DNA of 64,000 bases from Candidatus Latescibacterota bacterium (GTDB lineage Bacteria > Latescibacterota > UBA2968), in contig OZ242311.1 in the NCBI GenBank assembly GCA_965207885.1, positions 3,040,001-3,104,000 on the forward strand. The letters are read 5' to 3'. Numbering within the stretch: the first letter of the stretch is position 1; every line of letters starts with the position of its first letter. The translations under genes and the position numbers were made by a program. The notes below the pieces were generated by a model, which worked only from the letters and a program-made list of their open reading frames with translations, was not told the DNA's origin and made no database searches. Positions 49,172 to 59,716 of the stretch are shown here, piece after piece.

Positions 49172-50047
49172 GTGGTGCCCATAAACGGCTTTCTTTCCAT
49201 AGACAAACCCGCTGGCTGGACTTCTCAAGATGTTGTCAGTTGGGTGCGTAAGCACTTTGGGATCAAAAAAGTAGGGCACACAGGTACTCTTGATCCCATG
49301 GCAACGGGCGTTTTGCCACTTTGTCTGGGAGCCTATACGCGCCTGAGTTCCTATATTACGGGCGGCAATAAACAATATCGCGCGGTTGCACGGTTGGGAA
49401 TGACGACCGATTCTCTCGATGCCGATGGTGTGGTTACCAGTAGATCGGGGGATATTCCTGCCGATTATGCACAAGTCGAGGCCGCTGTTGCCGAATTCAG
49501 GGGGGCGATTGCACAGGTTCCGCCTATGTATTCGGCTATCCGAATAGGGGGGCGCAGGCTTTATGACCTCGCCCGAAGAGGGGTTGAGGTTGAACGCCCT
49601 GCGCGTAATGTGTGCGTACATAAGCTCGATATTGTGGTTTATGCACCACCGCTTTTGCACCTGAATATACATTGTTCTAAAGGTACTTATATTCGGTCGC
49701 TTGCAGACGACATTGGCAAACGGCTTGGATGTGGTGCTCATCTATCAACGCTTCGCAGAACCGCGGTGGGGAGTGTTGAATTGGGACAATGTGTTGCGGT
49801 TTATGAACTCGAGCGTGCAGAAAGTATTTCTGAAGTGCTGCTCAATCCCCACGCTGTTTTATCCGATCTGTCATCGGTTTGTCTGACAGAGGCGCAGCAG
49901 GGGCGTTTTTCAAATGGCAATCCCGTGACCGATATTTTATCAGATGTCCAGGATATTGTTACAGTGCAAAATTCCCGGGGGATTTTGCTCGGTCTCGGAC
50001 ATATCGTCGAGGGCGTCTTGAAGCCTATTCGCGTGATCCAGAATTGA
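49172..50047 (+). CDS. truB: tRNA pseudouridine(55) synthase
   Basis: DKPAGWTS, GHTGTLDPMATG, QVPPMYSA, CSKGTYIRSL. Confidence 0.96.
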   Translation: MVPINGFLSIDKPAGWTSQDVVSWVRKHFGIKKVGHTGTLDPMATGVLPLCLGAYTRLSSYITGGNKQYRAVARLGMTTDSLDADGVVTSRSGDIPADYAQVEAAVAEFRGAIAQVPPMYSAIRIGGRRLYDLARRGVEVERPARNVCVHKLDIVVYAPPLLHLNIHCSKGTYIRSLADDIGKRLGCGAHLSTLRRTAVGSVELGQCVAVYELERAESISEVLLNPHAVLSDLSSVCLTEAQQGRFSNGNPVTDILSDVQDIVTVQNSRGILLGLGHIVEGVLKPIRVIQN

Positions 50048-51000
50048 TGATGCGCACCATAACGCTTGAAGAACCGGTTGCGCTTGCTCACCCGGTGGTC
50101 ACTATTGGAACATTTGACGGCATTCACATCGGACATGTTTCTGTCATTGAAGCTATGACAGATATGGCACGGGCGTGTAGAGGTACATCTGTCGTTGTTA
50201 CTTTTGATCCACATCCCCGCCAGTTTATCGACGGTGCCGATGCTCCCGGGGTGTTGACTTCGCTCGAGGAGAAACAGCATTGTCTCGCCTCTTTAGGGGT
50301 GGATATTCTGGCTGTTGTTGGATTTGATGACGCACTCCGGCAGTTGTCTCCCGAGGTATTTGTCAAATGCTTTCTGGTTGATAAACTCAGCGCCAGATCT
50401 GTGATTGTAGGTTATGACCACGGTTTTGGAAGGGGGCGCCAGGGCGGGTTTGAGACGATGAAAAGTTTGGGAAAACAGTTTGGTTTCTCTGTTTTTTCTC
50501 CGCCTGCTGTGTGCATCGCCGAAAAACCTGTGAGCAGTACCCGCATTCGCAATGCACTCCTGAAAGGAGACATGGATGCGGTTGTTCAGCTTATGGGACA
50601 CCCTTACCCCTTGTGGGGGCGTGTGGTAGAGGGAGAAAAGCGGGGTAGATCACTTGGTTTTCCCACTGCCAATCTCCTGTTTGAAACGCCGGGAAAACTC
50701 TTGCCGTCGCCGGGGGTTTATGCTGGTGTTGCCAGACTGGAACAGCCCTACATCGCCGTTGTCAATTACGGCAAACGCCCTACATTTGGGGGGGATTCAG
50801 CGCGTTGTGAAGTACATTTGCTCAATTTTTCACAAAATCTCTATGGAAAAATTTTACCCGTTGAGATTTTGTATCGCATTCGCGGAGAGCGTGAATTTGG
50901 TAGCAAAGAAGCTCTAATTGAGCAGATCCAAGTAGATATACAGACCGCGGAAGATATGCTTTCGCGGCATCATACCGATGGAGGTAAATTTTGGCGTTAA
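50047..51000 (+). CDS. ribF: Bifunctional riboflavin kinase/FAD synthetase
   Basis: [33 protein letters not shown]. Confidence 0.95.
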   Translation: MMRTITLEEPVALAHPVVTIGTFDGIHIGHVSVIEAMTDMARACRGTSVVVTFDPHPRQFIDGADAPGVLTSLEEKQHCLASLGVDILAVVGFDDALRQLSPEVFVKCFLVDKLSARSVIVGYDHGFGRGRQGGFETMKSLGKQFGFSVFSPPAVCIAEKPVSSTRIRNALLKGDMDAVVQLMGHPYPLWGRVVEGEKRGRSLGFPTANLLFETPGKLLPSPGVYAGVARLEQPYIAVVNYGKRPTFGGDSARCEVHLLNFSQNLYGKILPVEILYRIRGEREFGSKEALIEQIQVDIQTAEDMLSRHHTDGGKFWR

Positions 51001-51260
51001 CAAAAGAAAAGAAGGCTGAGTTGATCGCACAATACGGGCGCAAAGAAGGCGATACCGGATCGCCACAAGTCCAGATTGCGCAACTTACAGAGCGCATTGT
51101 ACAACTCATCGAACACTTTCAGACCCACAAGAAAGATCATCACTCGCGTCGGGGACTGCTCAAACTGGTTGGGCGTCGTCGCCGTCTGTTGCGGTATTTG
51201 CGGCGCGAAGACTTAGAAGGTTATCGTAGCTTGATTGCGGCACTGGATATTCGCGGTTGA
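50991..51260 (+). CDS. rpsO: 30S ribosomal protein S15
   Basis: [25 protein letters not shown]. Confidence 0.97.
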   Translation: MALTKEKKAELIAQYGRKEGDTGSPQVQIAQLTERIVQLIEHFQTHKKDHHSRRGLLKLVGRRRRLLRYLRREDLEGYRSLIAALDIRG

Positions 51261-51353
51261 GTTTTTTCTGTATTCCAGCAGTTGGTTGTATCTCTGGCCT
51301 TTTTGTCAGAGCGCTGGAATAGATGTATTTTTAAGGTAAATAGAGGAGATAGA

Positions 51354-53471
51354 ATGATAGCAAAAGTAGAGCTTGAATATGCTGGTCGTCCGCTGACCAT
51401 TGAAACGGGTCGGGTGGCCAAACAGTCACATGGGGCGGTGTGGATGCAGTACGGAGAAACCATTGTGTTGGTAGCTGCCGTTTCCGATAACAAACCTTCG
51501 GATTTTGATTTTTTTCCGCTTCAAGTCGATTATCGCGAAAAAATGTATGCTGGAGGGCGCATTCCCGGCAACTTTTTTAAGCGAGAAGGCGCACCTTCAA
51601 CAACGGAAAAATTGCATGCGCGTTTAATCGATCATCAAATCAGACCCCTATTCCCGGGGGCTTATGATTTTGAAACTCAGGTTTATGTCACTGTATTGTC
51701 TTTTGATGGTGAAAATGATCCTGCAGTGCTCTCAATGACAGGTGCTTCGGCTGCACTATGCATTTCTGATATTCCGTTTGACGGCCCCATTGGCGCTGTG
51801 TGCGTTGGACGAGTCGATGGAGAATTTGTGGTCAACCCCACACTTTCCCAACTCGAAGAAAGCGATGTCCACCTGATGGTATCGGGCAATCGCGAGTCCA
51901 TTATTTCAGTTGAAGGCGATTTTCACGAAGTAGCTGACGGTGATGTCGTAGAAGCACTGCGCGTCGCCCATCAAGGCATTGTACAACTGATTGAATTACA
52001 GGATGATCTGATTTCCCGTGTCGGGAAAGCCAAGCGGTCTTACGACGAGCCCGAAGAAAACGAGGCTCTTGTCACTGCTGTTGCCGAACGCGCTTCAGAG
52101 CAGATTCACGCAGCCAATCGCATGCCGGACAAGGGGGCGCGTGCAGAGACATTGTCCGCAATCCGCGCCGAGGTGCGAGAAGCACTTGCAGAAGACTTTG
52201 AAGATAGTGAAATTGGCGGTGAAATCGATCGGTTGATCAAAAAGGATATGCGCGCGATGATCCTTGCGGAAAATCAGCGCATTGATGGGCGCGATCTCAA
52301 CCAGGTTCGGCCCATTGACATTGATCTAAGTGTATTGCCTCGCGCACACGGGTCCGGTATTTTTACGCGCGGGCAGACGCAGGCTTTGTGCATTGCGACA
52401 CTTGGGAGCAAGATGGACACCCGAATGGTAGATGATCTCGAAGGCAAATCGTTCAAGAGCTTTATGCTCGATTACAACTTCCCCAACTACAGTGTTGGCG
52501 AAACGGGGCGGATCGCAGCGCCTGGCCGTCGTGAAATCGGTCACGGTGTATTGGCTGAAAAGGCACTTGAGCCTGTTGTGCCCAGTGAAGACCATTTCCC
52601 ATATACAATCCGGCTGGTTTCTGAGATTTTAGAATCCAACAGTTCATCTTCAATGGCCACGGTGTGTGGGGGTTCTCTCGCTTTGATGGATGCAGGCGTA
52701 CCCATTAAAAGCCATGTTGCAGGGGCTGGTGTAGGGCTGGTCATGGAAGGGGATCAGTGGGCGGTTCTCACAGATATTTTAGGCGAAGAAGATCATTTGG
52801 GCGATATGGACCTCAAAATAGCGGGAACGCGATCGGGTCTGACGGCGATTCAGATGGATATCAAGATCGGTGGGATAAGTTTTGAAATCCTCAATACGGC
52901 ATTTGCTCGTGCCCGAGACGCATTAAACCACATTCTCGGTCTTATGGAAGAAGCTATTTCCGCGCCGAGAACGAGCTTGTCGGAATACGCTCCGCGCATT
53001 TTGTCCATCCGGATTGATCCAGCAAAAATCGGTGCGGTTATTGGCCCGGGTGGGAAGACCATTCGCAGCATTGAAGAGACAGGCGCAACGGTTTCAGTCG
53101 AGGATGATGGGCTGGTTACTGTCACTTCTTTAGACGCGCAAGCCGGTGAAACCGCAATGGGCATGGTTGAAGCTCTCGTCGAAGAGCCAGAGGTTGGGCG
53201 AATCTATGATGGTACAGTACGCCGCATCACGGACTTTGGCGCATTTGTCGAAATATTGCCCGGCAAGGATGGGCTTTGCCATATTTCCGAGCTTGAACAT
53301 CACCGGGTGCGCAAGGTAAACGACGTACTCAGTGAAGGCGAAAAAGTTCAGGTCAAAGTGATCGCTATCGACGATCAGGGCAAAATTCGACTGAGCCGCA
53401 AAGTACTTATCGACAAACCCAATGGTGATTCAAATCAGCAGGGCAGGCAGCGCGCGCCCCGAAGATCGTGA
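51354..53471 (+). CDS. pnp: Polyribonucleotide nucleotidyltransferase
   Basis: DFFPL.VDYRE, FTRGQTQ, RREIGHG, DHLGDMD, KH and S1 domains. Confidence 0.97.
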   Translation: MIAKVELEYAGRPLTIETGRVAKQSHGAVWMQYGETIVLVAAVSDNKPSDFDFFPLQVDYREKMYAGGRIPGNFFKREGAPSTTEKLHARLIDHQIRPLFPGAYDFETQVYVTVLSFDGENDPAVLSMTGASAALCISDIPFDGPIGAVCVGRVDGEFVVNPTLSQLEESDVHLMVSGNRESIISVEGDFHEVADGDVVEALRVAHQGIVQLIELQDDLISRVGKAKRSYDEPEENEALVTAVAERASEQIHAANRMPDKGARAETLSAIRAEVREALAEDFEDSEIGGEIDRLIKKDMRAMILAENQRIDGRDLNQVRPIDIDLSVLPRAHGSGIFTRGQTQALCIATLGSKMDTRMVDDLEGKSFKSFMLDYNFPNYSVGETGRIAAPGRREIGHGVLAEKALEPVVPSEDHFPYTIRLVSEILESNSSSSMATVCGGSLALMDAGVPIKSHVAGAGVGLVMEGDQWAVLTDILGEEDHLGDMDLKIAGTRSGLTAIQMDIKIGGISFEILNTAFARARDALNHILGLMEEAISAPRTSLSEYAPRILSIRIDPAKIGAVIGPGGKTIRSIEETGATVSVEDDGLVTVTSLDAQAGETAMGMVEALVEEPEVGRIYDGTVRRITDFGAFVEILPGKDGLCHISELEHHRVRKVNDVLSEGEKVQVKVIAIDDQGKIRLSRKVLIDKPNGDSNQQGRQRAPRRS

Positions 53472-53497
53472 GATTTGCATACACGCGGAAAAAACAC

Positions 53498-53546
53498 AAG
53501 GCGATCGGTGGGCAAGCAGTGATACCCGGTCGTCTTTCGTTTTTTT
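53498..53546 (+). terminator. Probable terminator after pnp
   Basis: AAGGCGATCGG / CCGGTCGTCTT stem followed by a T run. Confidence 0.55.
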
Positions 53547-53564
53547 ACTCTCAGGGAACAATAT

Positions 53565-54860
53565 ATGCCAGATATCATCAGGATAAACGACGTAAGTGCA
53601 TGGGAAGATAAAGAAGTTGTGATCGCGGGATGGCTGTACAACAAACGGTCAAGTGGAAAATTGCACTTTCTTCAGATCAGAGATGGCGCTGGTACGATTC
53701 AGTGCGTGGTGTTTCAGGGCGATGTATCGCCAGACGTTTTTGAAAAGGCATCAGACCTGGGGCAAGAGTCGGCCCTTCGCGTGACGGGGGTGGTTCGGGC
53801 CGATGCGCGTTCGCCCATTGGCTTTGAAATTGGCGTCAGCGATATCGAAATTGTGCATCGCGCAGAGGATTATCCGATTACGCCCAAAGAACACGGCACG
53901 GCATTTCTGATGGATCATCGCCATTTGTGGCTGCGCTCATCGCGTCAACATGCCATTTTAAGCGTGCGTGCTGAAATTGTCAAAGCCTGTCGCGATTATT
54001 ACGACAATAATGGCTTCACACTTGTTGACGCGCCTATTTTTACACCGTCGTCCTGCGAAGGTACCAGCACGCTTTTTGAAACCGATTATTTCGATGAGAA
54101 AGCATATCTGACACAGAGTGGTCAGCTATATATGGAAGCTGCAGCTATGGCGTTTGGAAAGGTGTACTGTTTTGGACCGACCTTTCGAGCTGAGAAATCC
54201 AAGACGCGGCGTCATTTGACCGAATTCTGGATGGTCGAGCCAGAGGTGGCCTATATGGACCTATCGGGTAATATGGATCTGGCGGAAGACTTTATTTGTT
54301 GTGTTGTTCAGCGCGTGGTAGAAACCTGTCGGTCTGAACTTGTGACTTTGCAACGCGATCTTGCGCCCCTACAGCGGGTGAAAAAACCATTTCCCAGGAT
54401 ATCTTATTCGGATGCACATGAGTTGCTAAAAGATGCGGGTCGCAATCACACCTGGGGGGAGGATTTTGGTGCTGAGGATGAAACCGTGTTGGCCAATGCA
54501 CACGATCGCCCCGTGATTGTGCATCGATATCCGGCAGCTTGCAAAGCTTTTTATATGAAGGGGGATCCGAAAGATTCCCAACTGGCATTGTGTATGGATG
54601 TGTTGGCTCCCGAAGGATATGGAGAAATCGTCGGTGGGGGGCAGCGCGAGGACGATCTGGAGGTCTTGCGGCGGAAGCTCGCCGAACACGGTCTTGACGA
54701 GGCGCCGTTCCAGTGGTACCTGGACCTCAGGCACTATGGATCGGTGCCACATTCCGGTTTTGGATTGGGTATTGAGCGTACAGTCGCGTGGATATGCGGA
54801 TTATCCCATGTCCGCGAGACGATTCCATTTCCTCGGCTTTTGCAAAGATTATATCCTTAG
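53565..54860 (+). CDS. asnS: Asparagine--tRNA ligase
   Basis: OB-fold start, [40 protein letters not shown]. Confidence 0.95.
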   Translation: MPDIIRINDVSAWEDKEVVIAGWLYNKRSSGKLHFLQIRDGAGTIQCVVFQGDVSPDVFEKASDLGQESALRVTGVVRADARSPIGFEIGVSDIEIVHRAEDYPITPKEHGTAFLMDHRHLWLRSSRQHAILSVRAEIVKACRDYYDNNGFTLVDAPIFTPSSCEGTSTLFETDYFDEKAYLTQSGQLYMEAAAMAFGKVYCFGPTFRAEKSKTRRHLTEFWMVEPEVAYMDLSGNMDLAEDFICCVVQRVVETCRSELVTLQRDLAPLQRVKKPFPRISYSDAHELLKDAGRNHTWGEDFGAEDETVLANAHDRPVIVHRYPAACKAFYMKGDPKDSQLALCMDVLAPEGYGEIVGGGQREDDLEVLRRKLAEHGLDEAPFQWYLDLRHYGSVPHSGFGLGIERTVAWICGLSHVRETIPFPRLLQRLYP

Positions 54861-54873
54861 GAGTTGTATTTCA

Positions 54874-57312
54874 ATGGCTTACGAGTTTGCTGAAATTGAA
54901 AAAAAATGGCGTCAACGCTGGGAAGATACTGGTCTGTACCGCAGTGAAATCGATTCCTGCCGCCCCAAGCACTATGCTTTGACCATGTTGCCTTATACTT
55001 CGGGCGACCTCCACATTGGTCACTGGTATGCGATTGCTCCCTCTGATGTTCGGGCGCGATATATGCGAATGAAGGGACACAATGTACTGTTTCCCATTGG
55101 TTTTGATGCTTTTGGATTGCCCGCTGAAAACGCCGCAATCCAACGGGGTATTCACCCGGCCAAATGGACTCTGGACAATGTGGAACGCATGCGCGAACAA
55201 CTGAAAACAATGGGTGCGATGTTTGACTGGACGCGCGAAGCGATCACCTGTTTGCCCGAATATTACAGATGGACGCAGTGGTTATTCCTCAAATTTTACG
55301 CCAATGGTCTGGCTTATCGAGAGAAAGCCCCCGTTGATTGGTGCCCACAGTGCAATACGACCCTGGCTCGAGAGCAAGTTTGGGGGGAGGATCGGCACTG
55401 CGAACGGTGTGACACACCCGTAATTAAAAAGGACCTGGACCAATGGCTATTTCGGATTACCCGATATGCTGAGGAGTTACTCGATTTTTCAGAAATTGTA
55501 TGGCCTGACCGCGTGCAGACCATGCAGGAGAATTGGATTGGAAGGAGTGAGGGCGTTGAATTTGAAATGCGCGTCAAAAATTCAGAGTCATCGTTTCGCG
55601 CGTTCACAACGCGCCCAGATACCATTTTTGGCATGTCTTTTGCGGTTTTAGCCCCCGAACATCCACTGGTCGATGAGATAACCGCACCCGAGCAACGGGA
55701 AGTTGTTAAAGCATATTGTACAAAAGCCAGCCGTCAGTCGGAGATCGAGCGTCTTTCTGCGGATAAAGAACAGGATGGGGTTTTCACTGGTGCTTATGCA
55801 ATTAATCCCATGAACAATGCCGATGTACCCATTTACATCGCCGACTATGTGTTGCTCCAATATGGTACAGGAGCCATTATGGCTGTGCCCGCACACGATG
55901 AACGCGATTTCGATTTTGCCAAAAAGTATGGGTTGTCCATTCCCGTTGTGATTGCCCCGGATGATTGGGACGGTGGAGCACTCACCGAGCCATATACCGA
56001 TGCGGGACGTATGGTAAATTCGGGACAATTCGATGGTTTGTCCTCGCAAGATGGAAAAGATGCCGTGGCCGATGACCTCGAATCCCGAGGCATTGGCGAG
56101 CAAAAAGTCAATTATCGCCTTCACGATTGGCTGATTTCTCGTCAGCGTTATTGGGGGTGTCCGATACCGATTATTTACTGTGATACATGTGGCATTATTC
56201 CCGTGCCAGAACATGATTTACCTGTAATGCTACCCGATGATGCAGAATTTCTGCCCACGGGTGAATCTCCTCTAAAATATCACGAAGGTTTTCTACACAC
56301 GACCTGTCCAAAATGTGGTGCTTCAGCGCAGCGCGAGACGGATACTATGGACACGTTTATGTGTTCTTCGTGGTATCAATATCGATATTTAAGCCCACAT
56401 TATGATGCGGGGCCTTTTGAACCTCATGAAGGTGAATACTGGTTGCCTGTTGATCAATATACAGGGGGTATAGAACACGCGACCATGCATCTGCTCTACA
56501 CGCGTTTTTTCACCAAAGCCATGCGCGATATGGACCTCGTCAGTGATGATGAACCGATGACGCGCTTGTTTAATCAGGGCATTATTCTGGGTGAAGATCG
56601 AGAAAGAATGAGCAAGTCGAGGGGTAATGTTGTCAATCCCGATGATTTGATTGTGCAGTATGGAACAGATTGCATTCGGGCTTATGTGATGTTTCTGGGG
56701 CGGTGGGAACAGGGAGGTCCCTGGAATTCATCGAGCCTGGAAGGCATTCCGAGATTCTTAAACCGGGTGTGGCGTCTCGTTGTTGAAAATGGCACTCCGG
56801 CAAAGGGCGACCCCACGCAAGAATCCCAGGATAATTTGCGGCGTTTAACACATCAGACCATCCGCAAGGTGTCTGAAGATTTTGAAACCTTTGGGTTTAA
56901 TACAGCACTTGCTGCGCTCATGACGTTTAGCAATGGTTTGTCGGCGGCTCAAAATACGCCTGTTGTGCATACGGAAGCGTGGAAAGAAGCCATTGAAACG
57001 CTTGTCTTGATCCTGGCGCCTATAACGCCGCATCTCTCCGAAGAGCTTTGGTCGCACATTGGGGGAGAGTACAGCGTTCATCAACAGAATTGGCCCGAAT
57101 GGGACGAAAATCTCGCTCGACCAGCAACGATTGAGATGCCGGTTCAGGTCAATGGCAAAGTCCGTGCGCGCATGGAAGTTGAGGTTGATGCAGGGCCGGA
57201 AGAGATTGAAAGTATAGCTCTGGAACAGCCGAATGTACAAGTGCATGTCCAGGATCAAACGCCCAAAAAGATAATCGTCATTCCCAATCGGCTGGTCAAT
57301 ATTGTGGTGTAA
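54874..57312 (+). CDS. leuS: Leucine--tRNA ligase
   Basis: PYTSGDLHIGH, FTTRPDT, DWLISRQRYWG, RMSKS, VQVNGKVR. Confidence 0.97.
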   Translation: MAYEFAEIEKKWRQRWEDTGLYRSEIDSCRPKHYALTMLPYTSGDLHIGHWYAIAPSDVRARYMRMKGHNVLFPIGFDAFGLPAENAAIQRGIHPAKWTLDNVERMREQLKTMGAMFDWTREAITCLPEYYRWTQWLFLKFYANGLAYREKAPVDWCPQCNTTLAREQVWGEDRHCERCDTPVIKKDLDQWLFRITRYAEELLDFSEIVWPDRVQTMQENWIGRSEGVEFEMRVKNSESSFRAFTTRPDTIFGMSFAVLAPEHPLVDEITAPEQREVVKAYCTKASRQSEIERLSADKEQDGVFTGAYAINPMNNADVPIYIADYVLLQYGTGAIMAVPAHDERDFDFAKKYGLSIPVVIAPDDWDGGALTEPYTDAGRMVNSGQFDGLSSQDGKDAVADDLESRGIGEQKVNYRLHDWLISRQRYWGCPIPIIYCDTCGIIPVPEHDLPVMLPDDAEFLPTGESPLKYHEGFLHTTCPKCGASAQRETDTMDTFMCSSWYQYRYLSPHYDAGPFEPHEGEYWLPVDQYTGGIEHATMHLLYTRFFTKAMRDMDLVSDDEPMTRLFNQGIILGEDRERMSKSRGNVVNPDDLIVQYGTDCIRAYVMFLGRWEQGGPWNSSSLEGIPRFLNRVWRLVVENGTPAKGDPTQESQDNLRRLTHQTIRKVSEDFETFGFNTALAALMTFSNGLSAAQNTPVVHTEAWKEAIETLVLILAPITPHLSEELWSHIGGEYSVHQQNWPEWDENLARPATIEMPVQVNGKVRARMEVEVDAGPEEIESIALEQPNVQVHVQDQTPKKIIVIPNRLVNIVV

Positions 57313-57335
57313 CTGACGTTACATAACGAATGTGC

Positions 57336-57370
57336 AAAAAAGAGACAGGTTTTCACCTGTCTCTTTTTTT
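57336..57370. terminator. Bidirectional intrinsic terminator between leuS and gcvT
   Basis: AAAAAAGAGACAGGT-TTTC-ACCTGTCTCTTTTTT. Confidence 0.88.
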
Positions 57371-57390
57371 ATCTATTATTTTATAGATAG

Positions 57391-58482
57391 TTATCGCTTG
57401 AAAAATGGTCGGGGAACAATCCGCGCTTTGAGGGTGTGGTTTCGGATTGCAATGGCGAGTTCTGTTCCAATTTCTGAATGGTTGGGCGGGACATAACCCA
57501 TTGCGATATTTTTTTTCAGATAAGGCGCGGCTGTACCACTGGTGACTTTGCCAATTGCATTTCCCGAATGATCCAGGATTTCGTAACCGTGGCGGGGGAT
57601 GCCGCGGTCGATCATTTCAAGCATGACAAGTGTTTTTGTGAGGCCATCAGCGCGCTGTTGCTCAAGGGCGTCAGAACCAGAGAATCCGCCCGCCTGTGAG
57701 ACGAACCGATCCAGCCCGGCTTCTAATGGTGTTGTTGCTTCGTCGAGTTCCTGTCCGTAGAGGGGGAGAGAGGCTTCGACGCGGAGTGTATCCCGCGCGC
57801 CCAATCCTGCAGGTGATACATCGGGTGATGCGATGAGGGCATTCCAGATTGCCGCTGCATCTTCTGTTCGCGTAAATATCTCAAAACCATTCATTCCTTC
57901 GCCAGTATATCCCGTGCGGGCAATGTGAACGGGTATTCCCACAAGTTCTACTTTGCGAATGCGAAAAAAACCGATTTCAGAGAGGTTCCGATTTGCGATA
58001 GGGGAGAGTACAGCCTCCGCTTTTGGTCCTTGAAGCGCGAGAAGGGCAAATTTTTCACTGCGATTGGCTACTTGAACATTATCAAAGGATTTTGCGACTG
58101 CCTGGACATGTTTCCAGTCTTTATCGATATTTGCGGCATTTACGACGATCAGATATGTCGTTTTGCCGAGGCGGTAAACGATAATGTCGTCAATTGCGCC
58201 GCCATTTTTGTTGAGAAATAGAGAATACTGTCCGCGCCCAATGCCGATGCGGTCTATGTCATTGGCAGTTAGAAATTGGACCAGTTTTTTGGCTCCTTTA
58301 CCTTTAAATTCAAATTCTCCCATGTGCGAGACATCAAAAAGTCCGGCTTTTGATCGCACCGCTTGATGTTCCGCGACGATCCCCTCGTATTGTACCGGCA
58401 TTTCCCATCCGCCAAATGGAACCATTCGGGCGTTAATTTTGTGATGTATTTCGTTTAGTGGGGTTTTTTTAAAGTTTTCCAA
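57391..58482 (-). CDS. gcvT: Glycine cleavage system aminomethyltransferase T
   Basis: F.GWEMPVQY, GLFDVSHMGE, RTGYTGE, GLGARDTLR.EA. Confidence 0.96.
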   Translation of the reverse strand: MENFKKTPLNEIHHKINARMVPFGGWEMPVQYEGIVAEHQAVRSKAGLFDVSHMGEFEFKGKGAKKLVQFLTANDIDRIGIGRGQYSLFLNKNGGAIDDIIVYRLGKTTYLIVVNAANIDKDWKHVQAVAKSFDNVQVANRSEKFALLALQGPKAEAVLSPIANRNLSEIGFFRIRKVELVGIPVHIARTGYTGEGMNGFEIFTRTEDAAAIWNALIASPDVSPAGLGARDTLRVEASLPLYGQELDEATTPLEAGLDRFVSQAGGFSGSDALEQQRADGLTKTLVMLEMIDRGIPRHGYEILDHSGNAIGKVTSGTAAPYLKKNIAMGYVPPNHSEIGTELAIAIRNHTLKARIVPRPFFKR

Positions 58483-58742
58483 CTATTTTCTCCTCTTTTT
58501 GTTTTAAATTTCAGTTTTCTCTCTCCCGGTCCTTTCAGGTCCTTGTTTTTTAAATTTGTTCCACTCCTGTTTTTATCGTCAGTTTTGATCCTATTTTTTC
58601 GTTTTTCCCCGTGTTTTTTGAAATATCCAGTTTTTTTTAGTTTCAGAACATTTATTTTTTAAAAATCCGTGTTAAAATGCGTCTTTCTTAAAAAAATAAC
58701 AAAAATTCGCTATTTGTGCGCTATTTTTCGTTATTTCACCCC

Positions 58743-58840
58743 TTGACAATATGGAAAAATAATACTAATTTAATGGAAAATTATTGTAAATAAATTGGAA
58801 TTTAAAAAGGGAGGAAAGAGATGGAAAATTATGGAATTAC
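58743..58840 (+). promoter_or_regulatory. Sigma70 promoter with WTGGAA direct repeats
   Basis: TTGACA-17-TAATTT. Repeats ATGGAAAAAT (58751), ATGGAAAATT (58773) and TTGGAATTTA (58795) are 22 bp apart, with ATGGAAAATT (58821) and ATGGAATTAC (58831) over the start codon. Confidence 0.6.
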
Positions 58841-59423
58841 TGAGGCTGCAAAAATTCTTAAAGTTACTGATAAAACAATAAGAAATTACATAAATAGAGG
58901 TTTTTTAAAGCCCGAAAAATGGAATGGAACCTGGCGTATATCCAGAGGTGAAATTGAGGAATTATTTAAGAAAAAATTTGGAAAAAAAATGATAGAAAAC
59001 CAGATTAACTTGAGCCATAATCTGGATCAAATTCTCGTCGAAAAATCCGAATTTGAAGCTCAACAACAGCAATTGGGAAAATTGGCAGCGATCGAAACAG
59101 TTGAAAGGGAACTGAGAGCGGAAATTCGCAATATAAATGAACGCAATGCACAATTAGAGGCTTCATCAGCCTCTGGATGGACGGAAGCACGGGCGTTGAA
59201 AGAAGAACTGGAAAAAACACGAGAAGAGCTGAATATGGCGGAAGAAAGGGGAAAAAAAGCAGAACAAGACGCAAATTGGCTGCGCAGACAACAAAAAGAA
59301 GTGGAAATAACCGCTCAGAAAAGCGCTGAAACGATTCAAAAACTCCGCGAAGAGAATCAACGGCTGTCAGATCTGTTATATCAACGGGCTCTTGGACTTG
59401 GGCGCGCGGATGTGAGAGATTAG
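58821..59423 (+). CDS. N-terminal HTH (excisionase/MerR-like) plus long coiled-coil protein
   Basis: YGITEAAKILKVTDKTIRNYINRG.L.......WRI wHTH; about 120 aa of heptad-rich E/K/Q/R coiled coil; strong RBS GGGAGG. Confidence 0.82.
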   Translation: MENYGITEAAKILKVTDKTIRNYINRGFLKPEKWNGTWRISRGEIEELFKKKFGKKMIENQINLSHNLDQILVEKSEFEAQQQQLGKLAAIETVERELRAEIRNINERNAQLEASSASGWTEARALKEELEKTREELNMAEERGKKAEQDANWLRRQQKEVEITAQKSAETIQKLREENQRLSDLLYQRALGLGRADVRD

Positions 59424-59520
59424 CACCACAAACACCAGTAAAATGAAATAATAGGTATTACATCAAGCCTTGATATAAGGATGGGTATTATACAGCAGTT
59501 TTAGGCTGATTTTGGTAGTA

Positions 59521-59548
59521 AGTTTACATAATGTATCTTATGCCGTAA
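59521..59548 (-). other. dif site (XerC/XerD recombination site)
   Basis: Minus strand TTACGGCATAA-GATACA-TTATGTAAACT has the 11-6-11 layout. The right arm equals the B. subtilis dif arm TTATGTAAACT and the left arm ends GCATAA as in E. coli dif. It is intergenic and lies at the apparent skew switch. Confidence 0.82.
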
Positions 59549-59633
59549 TTTTTACTGTGATTTTCTATCGCGTCATAACATCCGTAAATCAGGCCGTTGG
59601 GTCTATTTGGGAACCTCATGGTTTTTTCCTTAA

Positions 59634-59680
59634 AAACAAAATCCCTGAGAAGCGTTTTTCTGCTCCCCAGGGATTTGTTT
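59634..59680 (-). terminator. Terminator of the TPR gene
   Basis: AAACAAAATCCCTG / CAGGGATTTGTTT inverted repeat. Confidence 0.6.
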
Positions 59681-59716
59681 GAAAAAATAGTATTGTGCCA
59701 AATTCAAAGATTTGCG

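Noticed and set aside
53472-53564. T-box leader for asnS-leuS
   Set aside because: Too short, and it lacks the GGTGGNACCGCG T-box consensus; a simple terminator explains it.
57313-57335. Second dif-like site (GTTACATAA)
   Set aside because: Only a partial single arm, with no matching TTATG arm 6 bp away.
58483-58640. Glycine riboswitch upstream of gcvT
   Set aside because: GGAGAG occurs on the gcvT sense strand, but the CCGAAG and CUCAGG elements are missing. The CTTTCAGG match is on the opposite strand.
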